Shown: positions 1 to 13,760 of the stretch, one piece after another
Position numbering within the stretch: position 1 is the first letter of the stretch
How the letters are laid out: every line of letters begins with the position of its first letter
NCBI GenBank assembly: GCA_050084985.1
Contig: JBITNC010000001.1
Span: 189,534,001-189,598,000, forward strand
Reading direction: 5' to 3'
Length of the DNA stretch: 64,000 bases
Origin: Nageia nagi
Taxonomy: Eukaryota; Plantae; Pinophyta
Position numbers and translations under genes: made by a program
Notes under the pieces: generated by a model
Databases searched by the model: none
What the model saw: only the letters and a program-made list of their open reading frames with translations
What the model was told of the DNA's origin: nothing

Positions 1-1705
1 AGAGAATATAATTTGAATCTTATTATGCTTATATTTAAATTTATCATCATTCTTCTTACTTTTTATTTTTCTTCAATTGCTTGATCCTCCCCAATTTTAT
101 AGGATATTTTGTAACTTTTCCAATATTTCACTCTCAGTTAAACATAATGGTGCTTTACCCCACTCTTCCTTATTATTGAAATATGTTTTTTATGATGAAA
201 TTGATGATCCATAGAAAGAAATATCTAATGGACCATATAAACATTCTTTTCATTGCATGGAAGTCATATCAAACAAGTGTTCTCCTCATATATTGGACAT
301 GCAAAGAATCCATTTATCATACATCTTGATAGGTTTTCATAAGCAAGAAAATCATGAATGGCACATATTATTATTTCTCTCATATTGAATCTAGTTTTTT
401 GAAATGTGTCATACATTTTGACTCCATCAGTCCATAGTTTGATCAAGTTAGCAACCAATAGTTATAAATAAATATAAATATTAATATTTGTTTGTTTGGG
501 GCCATGTATTAACAAGCTAAGCATTGAATAATTCCTCTTCATCAAAATCCATGATGGAAGGTTATATGTGACCAACATAACAAGCCAATAACTATAGCAA
601 GAACTAAATTCGACAAAAGGGTTTAACCCAAATAGTTACCATTTATATTCATACATTACATGGATCTTTAGAAATATTTAACCACATAGAGTCTATCTTC
701 TTCCATGTAAGAGAGTTGACTAGATGTCACATATTACCATCAAGACTCTTATGCTATGAATACCACCTCATATTCTTCACAACCTCTTCAAAGCTACAAG
801 AAGAAAGTAACTCATTTCAACCATATCTAACAATGTTAAGAGAAATAAACATAACAAAGCTATTTATATAATAAAATTGTTTACTTATAAATTCTTTACA
901 ACCTCTCTAAAATGGAGAAATATCTCAACACCTTCTTAGGAACCTTATTATTTTGTTTGTTTTTCAAATGATGATCAAATTTCCAATGTGCCTCACCACA
1001 TTTTGGGCAAGCTTGAAGATTTTCATATTCTTTTCAATATAAAATACAATTATTTTTGTATGCATGTATAATTACATAATCTAATCCCAATGGCTTTAGC
1101 ATTTTCTTTGTTTCATATGAGGACTCTTGAATTGTATTACTAATTGGAAGCATATCTCTTAGCAATTCTAATAAATTTCCAAAGCTTTTGTATGACCAAC
1201 CATGTTTACCTTTGAGATAATCTAAATTAGCTATTTTTTATAATGTTATGTACTTTTTACAACCTAGGTATAATGGTTGTTTATTGTAATCTTGGACCAA
1301 CCTACAGAATTCATTAGGAGCATATTCAAACTTTATATCATTATCTTGTAGTTCTTATGCACTCTCTAAGCAATTTATATTTTCCATTCCAATGATATCA
1401 TCTTGTATACTTTTGATATTTGGATCCTCATCCATGGTGATGTATGTGTTTGATGCTTTTTTTTCATAAGTATATGTTTCTTCTCCATGCAAATAAAAAA
1501 TGTTATATTTATTATCAAATCCATGTCAAAATAAGTGCTCACGAACCTTTTCAAAAGCAAGAGTTTCCATATTTTGGCACCTCTAATATGGACATCTAAT
1601 TCTTTTAGGATCTATCAAATTAGTTTTTGTAAATGTAGTGAATTTGTAAATCCCATGAAAATATTGCTTATTATTTCTAGCTGCATGTAACCATGCTTTT
1701 TCCAT
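1..1705 (-). mobile_element. CACTA/En-Spm transposase (Tnp2/Transposase_21 plus transposase-associated domain), degenerate, runs off the left edge
   Basis: ORF 264-458 LIKLWTDGVKMYDTFQK..IHDFLAYENLSRCMINGFFACP matches the Tnp2 core (LWxxGVxxYD..NDFPAYGNLSG..GxxACP). Upstream minus-strand pieces read PLGLDYVIIHA..NNCILY..CPKCGE and MEKAWLHAAR..IRCP..RCQN..VREHLF..GF. Many stops and frameshifts. Confidence 0.85.
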
Positions 1706-1969
1706 AATGCTTAACAAAAAATCTCCTTAAAATTGACCACTTCATAGATAAAGGTGAAAATTAAAGTTGATCCATTCCAAAATAAATAACTTTTTTTCTA
1801 CATAAACTTATGTCTCTATGAGGTCATTATATAAAAAAAAATAGAGTGTATTATCTATCATTGAAGGTACTGATAATATTAAACTATTTGATCTAATGAA
1901 GAATTTGGATTCAATGCATACACTAATAGAATGGAAAGCAAATCATATGCTCTTATTGAGCATAACTTG

Positions 1970-2032
1970 CTTTGCATGATTCAAACATATTCATGATCTA
2001 TAATGATTATAGGATATACACAAAATGGGTTT
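1970..2032 (+). pseudogene. short PLS-class PPR motif relic
   Basis: gcatgattcaaacatattcatgatctataatgattataggatatacacaaaatgggttt resembles the PPR units at 8250-8700 (..MIxGYxQNG). Confidence 0.5.
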
Positions 2033-2173
2033 TGTAGAAATATAGCTAACCCTAACTTATCTAATTCATGATGTTTTGAATAGCTAATCCTAGGGGAAAT
2101 ACATCTAACCTTTATATCTTATTATGCTTAGTGTAGAGGTAAGCTAATATAGCATTTAATTTATGGGTTGAAC

Positions 2174-2890
2174 TAATCTGAATTGGATCATGTTAGGTTG
2201 ATCTTTGTAGGATAAGTACTCATTCTAGAGGTATCTATGCTTGAAGATTGATCAATTATTGAAATTTATAGGTGATTGGTGTTAAAAACCATGCTATTAA
2301 TAGCCTAAGTGTATTATTTTTAGGCTATTAATAGCATGCATTTTTATGATTTAGAAATGGAATTCGAAGGGGCATTAGTAGTTTGGGAAGTTGAGTAGTT
2401 TAAGATCATAAATTAACATTTTGGAGATATTTCTAGGCCTATTTAAGGACATGCTACTCTCTTGATTCTTCAATATTAGCTTACAGAGTTTTGAGATTAT
2501 AAATATTTAAAAGAATACCAAGAGTCATTCCAAAAAATTTATAATTTGAAGTTGTTCTTGTTGTTGTAGGAGATTATTGTAGTGTTGTAAGAGATGGTAT
2601 TGCCATTATTTTGATGGTATTTCTCTATATGCATGTAATATTGTAATATCCATATACAATGAGAAGAGAAGGTTCCAATTCCATGTTGTATTAGCCCATA
2701 TTGGGTGAACTAGGGTAAATCATTATGTTGATCTTATTATGTATGATTGAGATTGTTAATTTGTAGTTTTACATTATGCAATTTTGAATTTATATGCAAT
2801 TTTATGGGTTTGATAATGGTGAATATTTTTTCATTTGAATATGTAAGTGAGGATATGAGTATGCTATAAGCATCAGGTGATTATGGATCA
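2174..2890 (+). repeat. 5' LTR of Gypsy element (TA..CA, TG decayed)
   Basis: Direct repeat of 7490-8209; 12 differences in the first 60 aligned bases, 10 of them transitions. Confidence 0.9.
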
Positions 2891-3029
2891 TGTGGTATCA
2901 AAGATTTTGTAAGAAAATTTTGGGGCCAAAATTTTAGGGATTGCAAGCTACCAATGATGTACTTTTTGATGTTCAAGAGGATATCTCAAATATCAAAATT
3001 GATTTTAGAGGATCCTAAGATTGGTCAAA

Positions 3030-6000
3030 GGTGCAAAGTGACTGAAATGGATGATTTAGAGGAGCAACAATCTATTATTCATATCATATTAGATGCTAAT
3101 TTTGAAAGGAGATTTTCAACAATGGAGAATCATTTGGCTAAGTTGTTGGCTACTAGAGAAAATGTAAATGTCAATTGAAGGAAACAAAACAAAGTTAAAG
3201 GAAATCAAGTTCCATTCAAGGTGGAGGCAAAAGTGGATATTCCTACTTTTGGTGGAGAGATTGATGCAAAAAAGTTAAATAATTAGTTGAAGCAATTGAA
3301 GATTTATTTCCAAATTTATGGTGTTGTAAATGATGTTGATAAAATCTCTTTTGCTATATTAAATATGGGTGTACATGCTTTAGTTTGGTGGGAAAGCCAT
3401 GTAGAAACTCTTAGTCATTAACATTTATCAAAAGTATCTTTTTTGGTTGAATTTAAGAACTTGTTAAGAGATCAATTTTATCCATTAGGATATCATAATA
3501 AATAATTAATGAAATAAAAATTATTTAAGCAACAAAGAGGGAAAATAGTTCAAGAGTACACTATGGAATTTAGGAAATAAGCTACTTTTCTTGAGGTTTC
3601 ACTAAAGGATCCTCAAACTTTAATGAAGTACATTGGAGGTTTACATGGTCACTTGCAAAAGACTATTATATTGTTTAATCCTACTAATCTTGATCAAGTG
3701 TGTGTGTAAGCACAATACTTAGAGGAGGATGGTAAAGCAAGAAGATAATATGATGAAATCAAGAAGGCTTCTAGTTCAAAGGGATGAGAAGATAAAGACA
3801 AAGGTAAGCAAGAAACTAAGACCACTAATATTTCAAAGAAAAAAGGTGATAATAGACATTGTATTCATTGTGATAAAGATGGTAATGTTAACGATAAATG
3901 TTGGAAACTTCATCCAAAATTATGTCCATATAAGAAAAATAATAAGGATAAAACTAATGTTATGGTTCTTAAATGTGAGGATGTTGAGGGAAGTTCAGAT
4001 ATTGATGAGAAACTAAATTGGTCATCCATTCAAAAGGTTGAAGAATAAAGAATTCATTTATTCTACCTCAAAATTCAAATGAGAGAAAATAAGAATTTAT
4101 TGCATTGCTGATATGGGTTCTCAAGCAAATGTGATTTAAAAATCTATGGTAAGTAATTTATAATTGGAAACTTTTAACCATCCAAATTCATATCCTTTGG
4201 GTTGGGTGCATCTTAATGCTAGTTTGCAAGTCACTAAATAATGTAAGTTAAAATTTGCTATTTGTACAAAGTACATTGATGAAATTGTGGTTAATGTTAT
4301 TCCTTTAGACATTTATGGTGTTATTCTTCATAAACCTCATATGTGGGATAGAGATTATATTTATTATAGAAGATTAAACAAATTGTGATTGATGAAAGAT
4401 GGACAGGTGTTTTTAACTAGTGCATATAATAGTAGGAAAAAGCTACCTTTGATCATTACAGTTAGGTAAAATGCTTGTAAATGCTTCTAAAAAATTTGTG
4501 ATGATCATGGTGAAAATTAGAGCTTTTGGTGAGGTGAATCTCATGTTGTCAACAACATGCAACACTAATTTTAGGTTATTAACAATGTGTAAAAGGGAAT
4601 AACAGATGTAGAAATTGATCCAAGAGTTTACTAACTTATTTGCATATCCATAGGGATAACCTCCTATGTGGAATATATATCATGACATTCAATTGTTACC
4701 TAATGCTTCATTGCCCAAAATAGCTTTTTATCGATAATCCATTTTAAAGCAAGAGGAGATAAAGAGGCAGATTCAAGAGTTGGTTGATCAAGGTGTGATC
4801 AGACCAAGTACATCTCCATGTGGATCACCTATTGTTTTAGTTCCCAAAAAGGATCAAAATTGGTGAATATGTATTGACTATAGAGCACTTAACAAAATCA
4901 CCATCAAAAATCATTATCCTTTACCTCATATAGATGATCTTTTGGATGATTTGTAAGAGGCAAGATTATTCACAAAGTTAGACTTGAGGAGTGGATATCA
5001 CCAAGTTCAAATCAAGGAAGAGGATATTTAGAAGACAACTTTTAATAAAAGATAAGGCCTATTTGAGTGGCATGTTTTTCCATTTAGTTTTTGCAATGCA
5101 CTGGACATATTCATAAGGGTGATGAATAATGTGCTTCATCCATTTATTAATTCTTTTGTTGTTGTATATTTTGATGTTATTCTTATTTATATTTCTACTT
5201 GGAAAGAACATATTATACATCTTAAATAAGTGTTTCAATCTTTGTATAGGGAGAATTTGTTGTTGAAACATTCAAAATATGAGTTTGGTAAAGAGTATTT
5301 GGTGTATTAATTTGGGCCATGTTATTTGTCATGGACAACTTAATATAGATCCTGGTAAAGTAAGTGCTATAGTAGATTGGCTAAATCCATCTAATGTAAC
5401 TAAAGTAAGGAGTTTCTTAGGTGCTATCCAATATTTGAGAAAGTTTATTGTTGATTTTTCTCATATTGTTTCACCTTTACATGATGTAACTAGCAAGAGG
5501 CAAGTGTTCCAATGGGAGAAACAACAATAAACATCTTTTGATACCTTGAAGTAAAAGATTATTAGTGAACCCATGCTAGCACTTCCTGATTTACAAAATC
5601 CATTTGAAGTGGATATTGATGCAAATGACTATGCCATGGAGGTCATTTTGTTACAAGAAGGTAAACCAATTTGTTATCATTCCAAAAATTTTAGTGGAGC
5701 CATTTTGAATTATCCTACTTATGATAAGGAAATGTATGCATTGGTTCAAGTTGCTAAAAAGTGAAAATATTACTTAAAGGGAAAAGAAATAATCATTCAC
5801 ACTAATCATCAACCATTAAAGTACTTACAAACTCAATCAAAATTGCAACAAACTAGACACTATATATGGATGGATTTTTTCTAACAATTTCATCTTGTGA
5901 TCAAATATAAGAAAGGAACACAAAATAAGGTTGCTGACATGTTTTCTAGACCACTTGTACCTACAAATTCCATGATTACAACAACATGCAACACTAATTT

Positions 6001-7492
6001 GATGTTGTTAATAGCATATGTGTAGGATCCTAACTTAAAAGAGGCATATGACCATTTATCTTCATATAAGTCAAAGTATGAGGGATTGGATGATTTTCAT
6101 TTACAAAATGGATTTATTTATCATTTTAATGCATTATGTATACCTATACATGAAAGGATTGGACTAATTAGAGAATCACATACTTCAAATATTGTAGAAC
6201 ATTTTGGAGTTGGAAGGATATTGTATAACTTTCAAAGGTATGTATATTGGCCAAATATGCAAGATCAAGTTGCCAAGTACATAAGGGGGTGTTCTTTATG
6301 CTGCACCAACAAGACAAGTAATACAAAATTAGGTTTGTATCAACCACTTATAGTACCATCACATCCATGGGAGTGTATTTCAATGGATTTTGTGGAAGGA
6401 TTGGCTATGACCAAGAAAGGTTATGATTATTTATTTATTATTATGGATCAATTTAGCAAGATGTGTATTTTGATTCCTTGTAAGAAGATAATAATAGGAC
6501 AAGATGTTGCAAATTTATTCCTTTCACATGTTTGGATTCATTTTGGATTTCCTACTTCTATTGTTTTAAATAGATATGGTAGATTTTTGGGCAAGTTTTG
6601 GACATGTTTGTGAGAAAATATGGAAACAAGGTGAAAGAGGAGTACTTCCTTTCATTCTCAAATAGATGGAAAAATCAAGGTGATGAATAGGATAGTGGTT
6701 CAACTTTTAAGGGGCTATTGTGGCAATCATCCTAAGTCTTGGGATGAACATCTTGAATATATCCAACATTCATATATTAGATAAATTCATTATTCCATTA
6801 ATAAGATTCCTTTTGAGACTTATTTTAGTTATTTTCAACCATCACCTTTTGATTGTGTGTTTGTATAGCAAAAGGATGAAGGAGATTCACTTGAGAAAGA
6901 GGAAAAATAAGTTGAAAGGTTTGTTGAAAATATTAGGCAAATTTATTTAAAAATCCAAGAGCAACTTAAGACAAATCAAGCCAAGTACAATATGAGACAT
7001 AACAATCATAGAGTTGACCATAAGTTTCATATGGAAGACCATGTTTGGTTACATCTTAGTAGGGAGAGGTTGCAAGGACCTACCAAGAAGTTGAAACTTA
7101 TAAGTTATGAATCATTTGAGATTATGGAGCAAGTGAGTGAGAATGCTTTTAGATTGATTCTATTGGTATATATGAACATCTATTCAGTTGTGAATGTGGA
7201 GCATTTGAAATTGTATGAGCTATTTATGTTGATTGAAGATGAAGCAAGTTCAAATCAAATTTTACCATCTCTTGATGACTTAGCTCCTAATACTATTTAT
7301 GAATGTAAGGAGGATTCTATATTACAAAATAAGGCTTATGCTACAATAAGAGGTGAGATAGAACTATGGTTACTTGGATTGAAGGGACAAAAGCCTAATA
7401 AAGCCAAGTGGATGGACAAGTCCAGGGTTGGGGAGTTGTATCCTCATATATGCATTTGTGGGACCAAATGTCTCCTTATTAGGGAGGCATGA
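3030..7492 (+). pseudogene. Gypsy gag-pol, disrupted
   Basis: gag KVDIPTFGGEIDA; [44 protein letters not shown]; [27 protein letters not shown]; INT ESH..HFG..YWPNM..CSLC..PWECISMDFV; chromodomain-like C terminus. Many in-frame stops. Confidence 0.9.
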
Positions 7493-8209
7493 TCTAAATT
7501 GAATCATGTCAAGTTGATCTCTATAGCAGAAATACTCATTCCAAAGGTATCTATGCTTGGAGATTGATCGAATATTGAAATATGGAGGTGATTGGTGTTA
7601 AAAACCACATCGTTAATAGGCTAAGTCTATTATTTTTAGGTTGTTAACAACATGCATTTTGATGATTCAGCATTGGAAGTTGAAGGGGCATTAGTAATTC
7701 AATAATTTGAACCATTGAGGATCATTAAATGACATCTTAGAGACATTTCTAGGCCTATTTAAGGATGTGCTACTCTCTTTATTCTTCAATCTTATATTAG
7801 AGAGTTTTGGGATTATAAAGATTTAAAGGAAGACCAAGAGTCATTTCAAATTTTTTTATAGTTTTGAAGTTATTCTTATTGTTGTAAGAGATTACAGTAG
7901 TGTTGTAGAAGATGGTATTACCATTATTTTGATGGTATTTCTCTATATGCATGTAATATTATAATGTCCATACACAATGAGAAGAGAAGGATCCAATTTT
8001 ATGCTATATTAGCCCATATTAGATGAACCAAGGTAAATCATTATGTTGATCTTATTATGTGTGATTAAGATTGTTAATTTGTAGATTTACATTGTGCAAT
8101 TTTGAATTTATATGCAATTTGATGGGTCTCATAATGATTAATGTTTTTTTCATTCGAATTTGTAAGTGAGGATTTGAGTATGCTATAAGCATACAATGAT
8201 TATAGATCA
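7490..8209 (+). repeat. 3' LTR of Gypsy element (TG..CA)
   Basis: Follows the PPT and matches 2174-2890. Confidence 0.9.
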
Positions 8210-10320
8210 TGCATAATGAAACATGTTGTGGGTTCCTTCATTTCTTGGCCTATATCATAATAGTTTCATGGGCTACAATGATTATAATGTACACATAAAG
8301 TGGATTTTCTAAAAAATTCCTGTAAACATGTATGGAAAATATGGAAAAATACACAAGACATAGGAAGTGTTTGATAAGATGCATGCTGCAAATAGTTTCA
8401 TGGTCTATAATGATTGTAGGATATATATAAAATAGGTTTTCTTAAAAAGGCCCATAGACATGTATGCAAAATATGGAATAATATATAAGCCTTGGAAGTT
8501 GTTTGACAAGATTCACAATGAAAATAGTTTCATGGTTTGCAATGATAGCAAGATACGCATAAAATAGATTTTCTGGAAAAGGTCCATAGACATGTATGCA
8601 AAATGTGGAAGAATAAACAAGGCTTAGGAATTATTTGATAAGATGTATGATGGAAACATAGTTTCTTGGAATGCAATTATAAAAGGATATATAATTCATG
8701 GCTAGAACAAGGATACCCTTAAATTCTTTGACCTATTGAAGCATCTAGGTTGGTTGCATGGTGATATTATGAATAATGTCAAATCATAATAGTGATATAT
8801 CTACTAAGAGCTTGTAAATGTATTTAGCCCTGACTTATCTAATTCATGATATTTTAAATAGGTTATACTAGGGGAAAGATAACCAACCTTTACATATTAT
8901 TATGTTTATTATTGAGGTAAGAAAAATTAGCATTTATATTTCTAGGTTGAATATTTTTTAAGTATTACAAGCTTGTTTTATCAACTTACCACTTTTGGAC
9001 TAGTTTTTAACACTTTTTTAAAGTATAGTGTTTCATCATGTAGTTAGTTTTACACCTCATAATTGCAACTAATTAAAAATCTCAATAAGTCTTTCATTTT
9101 GTGCATATCCTGCAATCCTAGGATTAATCATTATACATGCATTGTTGACCTTATTTGTCTTGTAAGCTATCTTGAGGGAGCTTTGAACTTCACTACCAAA
9201 ATATCCATAGACCTTGAATTAGGTGTGGGCATGTGTCTACTTGGTGCATGTAAATTGAATGTTATGGTTCAAAAAGACTATCTTAAGGGAGATTTGAATT
9301 TCATTACCAAAATACCCATAAACCTTGAATTAGGTATGTATATGTGTCTACTTGATGCTTGTAAATCAAATATTTTGTTTTGTGTAGGCTATGGTAGATT
9401 TGAAATTTCACTGCCTAAATACCCATAAACCCTAAATTAGGTGTGTATATGTGTCTACTTGGTGCTTGTAAATCAATTATTATGGATTTATTTGAATCAT
9501 AAAAATAAAGTTTCATAGTCTTCAATGATTATACGATACACAAAATGGGTTTTCTAAAAAAGGCCCTTAGACATATGAAACATGTGGAAGAATCAAATAA
9601 GAATCGAGATTTATTGAATAAGATGTATGATGAAAATACAATTTTACATTTTGTAATGATTATGCAACACACAAAATGGGTTTTCTAAAAATCCCATAGA
9701 ATATGAAACATGTGGAAAAATACATAAGACCCAAGGTAAGTTTGACAAGATGCATGATGCAAACAAAATTTCATAGTCTATAATGATTGCAATTTTCATG
9801 GATTTTCTAAAATAATGTTGAAAAATACAAACCATAGATATATATGTAGAATGTAAAAGAATGCATAAGGTCACAAACTAAGATACTTACTTACACCTTA
9901 TAGAAAATCTATCTTACCTTGTATCCTCTAGTCTCACCACATCTCCTCTTGTCTAGTCTCCCCTCTCAGCAACAAACAATAATAGTATTCCAGCCAGATC
10001 ACTTCACCTTTCCCATCGACCTCAAAGCATGCACCAAATGGATTTTTATGGATGTTTATAAATACATCAAAGGCTTTTTAAAGAGGATTTTTATTAGATG
10101 GTACGGTTGTGATTGCCTTGGTATACATGTATGCAAAATGTAGAAGCATAGATAAGGTAGGAAAATTATTTGATAAAATGCATGATGTAGATATAGTTTC
10201 ATGGAATATAATAATTGCATCTTATGCAAAAAATAGATACATTGAAAGGGCCCATGAATTCTTTAACAAAATGCCTCATTGAGATACAGTCTTATAGTTT
10301 GCAATGATCATAGGATATGT
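8210..10320 (+). pseudogene. PLS/E-class pentatricopeptide repeat (PPR) pseudogene with internal tandem duplications
   Basis: Repeated DMYAKCG.I.KA.ELFDKM...IVSWNA.I.GY; HYTCIVDL..YLEGALNF..P..LLGAC (S2/E region); QPDHFTFP..LKAC (L motif). Stops and frameshifts throughout. Confidence 0.85.
8813..9096. repeat. ~285-bp TG..CA insertion (solo-LTR-like) in the PPR relic; partial second copy at 2033-2173
   Basis: 8813-8953 aligns with 2033-2173; interrupts PPR-like coding sequence. Confidence 0.5.
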
Positions 10321-10978
10321 TATAATTAAAATAATAATTTATTAGGGTTATTTAGTATATAATAGAATAATAATGAAATTCATTAATATTATAATAACAT
10401 GAAATACAACAATGATCAAATATGTTCAATTGATCTTAATCAATCAAATCTAATTTTTTATTACTTACATACATGAATTCTTACTGTAATCACAAATCAG
10501 ATTTTGGATTTACTCAAGACAAGATAACAATGAACTACTTTTGAAAGTGAGACCCTCAAATCCATCATGAACTAGGAGACATCATTGGGTTCTTTCCACA
10601 TATGATTCTCAATCGTTTGTAATTTTTGATATTCCTACTCTATGGTTAGGTTCTAAACATTGATATAGCAAAATAATGGCTTAGAAATGGGAGTAAGCTT
10701 CAAGTATTACAAAATCCAAATATGATAAGTGGTGTCACAAAACATCAATCAAAGGACCAAATATGTTTGCCACCTATCAAGGATTCCATATCATGTCATG
10801 ATTTCTCATGCACAACCTTTCACCTTTATAGATAGCAAGTCTAGTACCAAGACTTCTACTTGGGCTTATGGTTCATGCAAGCCAATCTATTATCATAAAA
10901 TACAAAGGTAGTTGAGTGTGCATAATCAAAAGAGTATTAAACCACTTAAATAAATAAAAAATTGTAAATACTTAAAAG
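10318..10978 (-). repeat. probable remainder of a minus-strand LTR split by element A (other piece 18285-18330)
   Basis: Element A carries an AAAAG TSD, so 10978 and 18285 were contiguous. 18316-18330 is the reverse complement of a TGTAGACACCTAAA-type LTR start preceded by a PPT. Confidence 0.45.
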
Positions 10979-13439
10979 TGTTAGAATATATAATGCATTA
11001 TTGTAAGGTATTTTAATGTAATTCACTTAATACTTAAGGATGTCCCTAGATACCTTAAGTATTTAGTGAATATGATAATGTAACTTATCTCACACTCCAT
11101 ATCATGAGCATGCACCTTGGGTAAAAGGGTGATGCATTTTATGACTTTTTACAATGGTTAATAGGGTGATCCAAGGATGGATTTTGGCTTATAAATAGAG
11201 GGCCCTCTCCTTGAGATCACACACTTAGAGAAGCACAAAATGCTAGTCTTATAGAGTTGTAGGAATGCTCTTGTAGGAATTTTGTAAGATAATTCTTATA
11301 GGAAAATTCTTAAGAATTTGTAGGAGAGTTCACTTGTAATAAATAATAGAAAATATGGTTCAAGTGGATGCACTCCCATAATGGAGGAACCACTAGACAT
11401 GGTGTGTCTCATTGTAAATGAAATTATGTTTCTTATATTAGAGATTAATGGAATCCTTAAGTTCCATCATTTCCTATTAGAGCCTTAGCAAAAAAAATGT
11501 TTAAATCCTTCAAAATTTGGCCCTCCTTCAAGCTCAAAGATAATCTACATCTTGAAACCCTCATTCAATCCAACTAAATTCAACTTTCAAATCCATTACC
11601 TAACCAATGGATTCGTCATAGCAGAATGAGGGGAAAGGTTAAGGCAAAGTTAAAATTTTTGGAAGAAAGTAGCTTTATAAGGTTATGAATGACAATGAAG
11701 AAACATTAAGTACCCATAGTCCAACATTTAGGGAAGCCATCCTATTAAGTCTATTATTTGTATAAGGGCCTATGCATTCCACATTACTTTCTTATGTAAA
11801 TTTGTCACCACTACTTTCAAAACTTTTAGAGTCAAGAAGAGCGTATAATAGGTTACCATAATGGGAATGCAATAATTAGGTTATGAAGGATGGCATATAG
11901 AGTGGGGTAGGCCACCAGAGCCATGAGAATGAAGGAGTTGTATTTAGAAGGAAAGTTTAAACACTAGGAGGGGCCAAAAGACATAGGAACTAGTAGAGAA
12001 GTAGGGGTAGTTGATTTTGCATATGATACTAGGATACATGGTCTAAGTCACAAGGAGGAAGTAGTTAGCATATTCTACCACCTAAATTTATTGATACCAT
12101 CCAATATGCAGACATAGTTTTAATACTAGAATGATCATAGGCTGATGTAGAGGTACGAACTAAGGACCATGTTGAAGAGGAGGTACAAGCCTCATAGATA
12201 GAAGGTGTAATATGTTGGAAATTGTAATATAATATTATGTAATATTTCTCTTTAATGTAAATTCAATAAATGACTAAAGTATCTTTGAATACCTTAAAGC
12301 ATTAAGAGAATAAATTTAGAAAGAGGAATAAATTTAGAAACACCTTTAACCTTACCCTAAGGTTTAAAGGTAGGTTTCTTATTATAAATAGAGAGGTACC
12401 CCTCTCATCATATACTTGATGAAGCATGGTAATGCTTGTCTTGTAGAGTTGTAGGAATGTTATTATAGGAGCTTTGTAGAAAAATTCTTAAAAATTTGTA
12501 GGAAAGTTATCTTATGAGAAGTAATAGAATGATGATTCAAAGTGAATGTACACCCAAGAGATGCAACAACCACTATACATGGTGTGTTATATTTTATGTG
12601 ATTATTTTATGTTTTTCTAAATTGATGAATGTTATATTTGTTGGAGAAGTTTCAAAGAGATCTTGGTTTATGAAATCCTTCAATTCCATCAAGTGGTATC
12701 AGACCCATCCTTGTTGTGATCTCCTCAAATTTTTACTTGGTGATTTTTAGGTAACTCTTCCTCAAATTTAAAGCATACCTATCCCCTAATCTTGTTTCAA
12801 TTTTATTTTGAAACTAAAAGCAATATCTACTATATTTTGTATGGTAGATTGAAAACTTTTATAGATCTAATTATTTAACCTTTTTTTTAGGTTAAGCATT
12901 AGATCTATTTTTTTATTAGATCTAGCTAATATCTCTAATACTTGAGATTTATAATGATCAATACTAACATATTTTATCTTGAGAATAATAGGCTTAAATT
13001 TAAGGTAAAATTTACCTTAGTTACATGTTAGTAATATTTGAAGTTAAATCTAACATTTTTTATGGCTAGATTACAAGATCTTGTGAAATAAGGTTATATA
13101 TGTGATTACAAGCTTACAAAAATCAAGTTAGTGATTTTTTGTAGTGATGTTATTGTTTAAAGAAATATTCTTACAAAAATTCTCAACATTTGAGGGAGTT
13201 TATAATCCTTGTATTGTAACTACAAAAGCGTGAAAAAAAAATGATATGAAAACTTTGATGAAATTTTTTATATATAAAAAAATAGAACTTTTTTAAAATT
13301 AGATTCTTTTTTTTAAAGGTACTATTTTTTTAAACTCTATTTTTTATTCAATATCAAAATTTTAAAAAAAAATAGGTTATTTAAAAATAAAAAATAATAA
13401 TAATAATTGACAAAACAAAAATAAGGCACAACCTAAAAG

Positions 13440-13760
13440 GGTCGATTGCTCGAACCCTAAGTGGGGGCGCTTGGTGCCTAGGGGTTGCACTCCATTGTGG
13501 GGCATGTGACTTGCCAAGGCCATGCAAACCCCAAGTGAGGGGCACATTGGCACCTGGGGTCTCCACCACATTATGGGGTGTGCAACCTACCAAGGCCACA
13601 CAAACCCCAAGTGAGGGGTGCGTTAGCACCTAGGGGTCACCACCCCACTGTGGGGCGTATGACCTACCAAGGTCGCACAAACCTCAAGTGGGAGTGCATG
13701 GGCTACCAGGGCCATGTCATCCCTCTAGGGGTGCATTGGCCACCTAAGGCTACCGTTGGC
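13440..13760 (+). repeat. GC-rich ~76-bp tandem repeat x4 inside element B
   Basis: AAGTG core of the AAACCCCAAGTGAGGGG-like motif at 13459, 13533, 13609 and 13687. Confidence 0.8.

Larger units (their letters stand above)
2174..8209 (+). mobile_element. Ty3/Gypsy chromovirus-type LTR retrotransposon, full length but degenerate
   Basis: Paired LTRs 2174-2890 and 7490-8209. Met-tRNAi PBS TGGTATCAAAG at 2893-2903, PPT AGGGAGGCA before 7490. Order is gag-PR-RT-RH-INT-chromodomain-like tail. TSD unclear (TGAAC/TGCAT). Confidence 0.92.

Noticed and set aside
8210-10320. Functional PPR gene
   Set aside because: Numerous stops, frameshifts, insertions and scrambled motif order.
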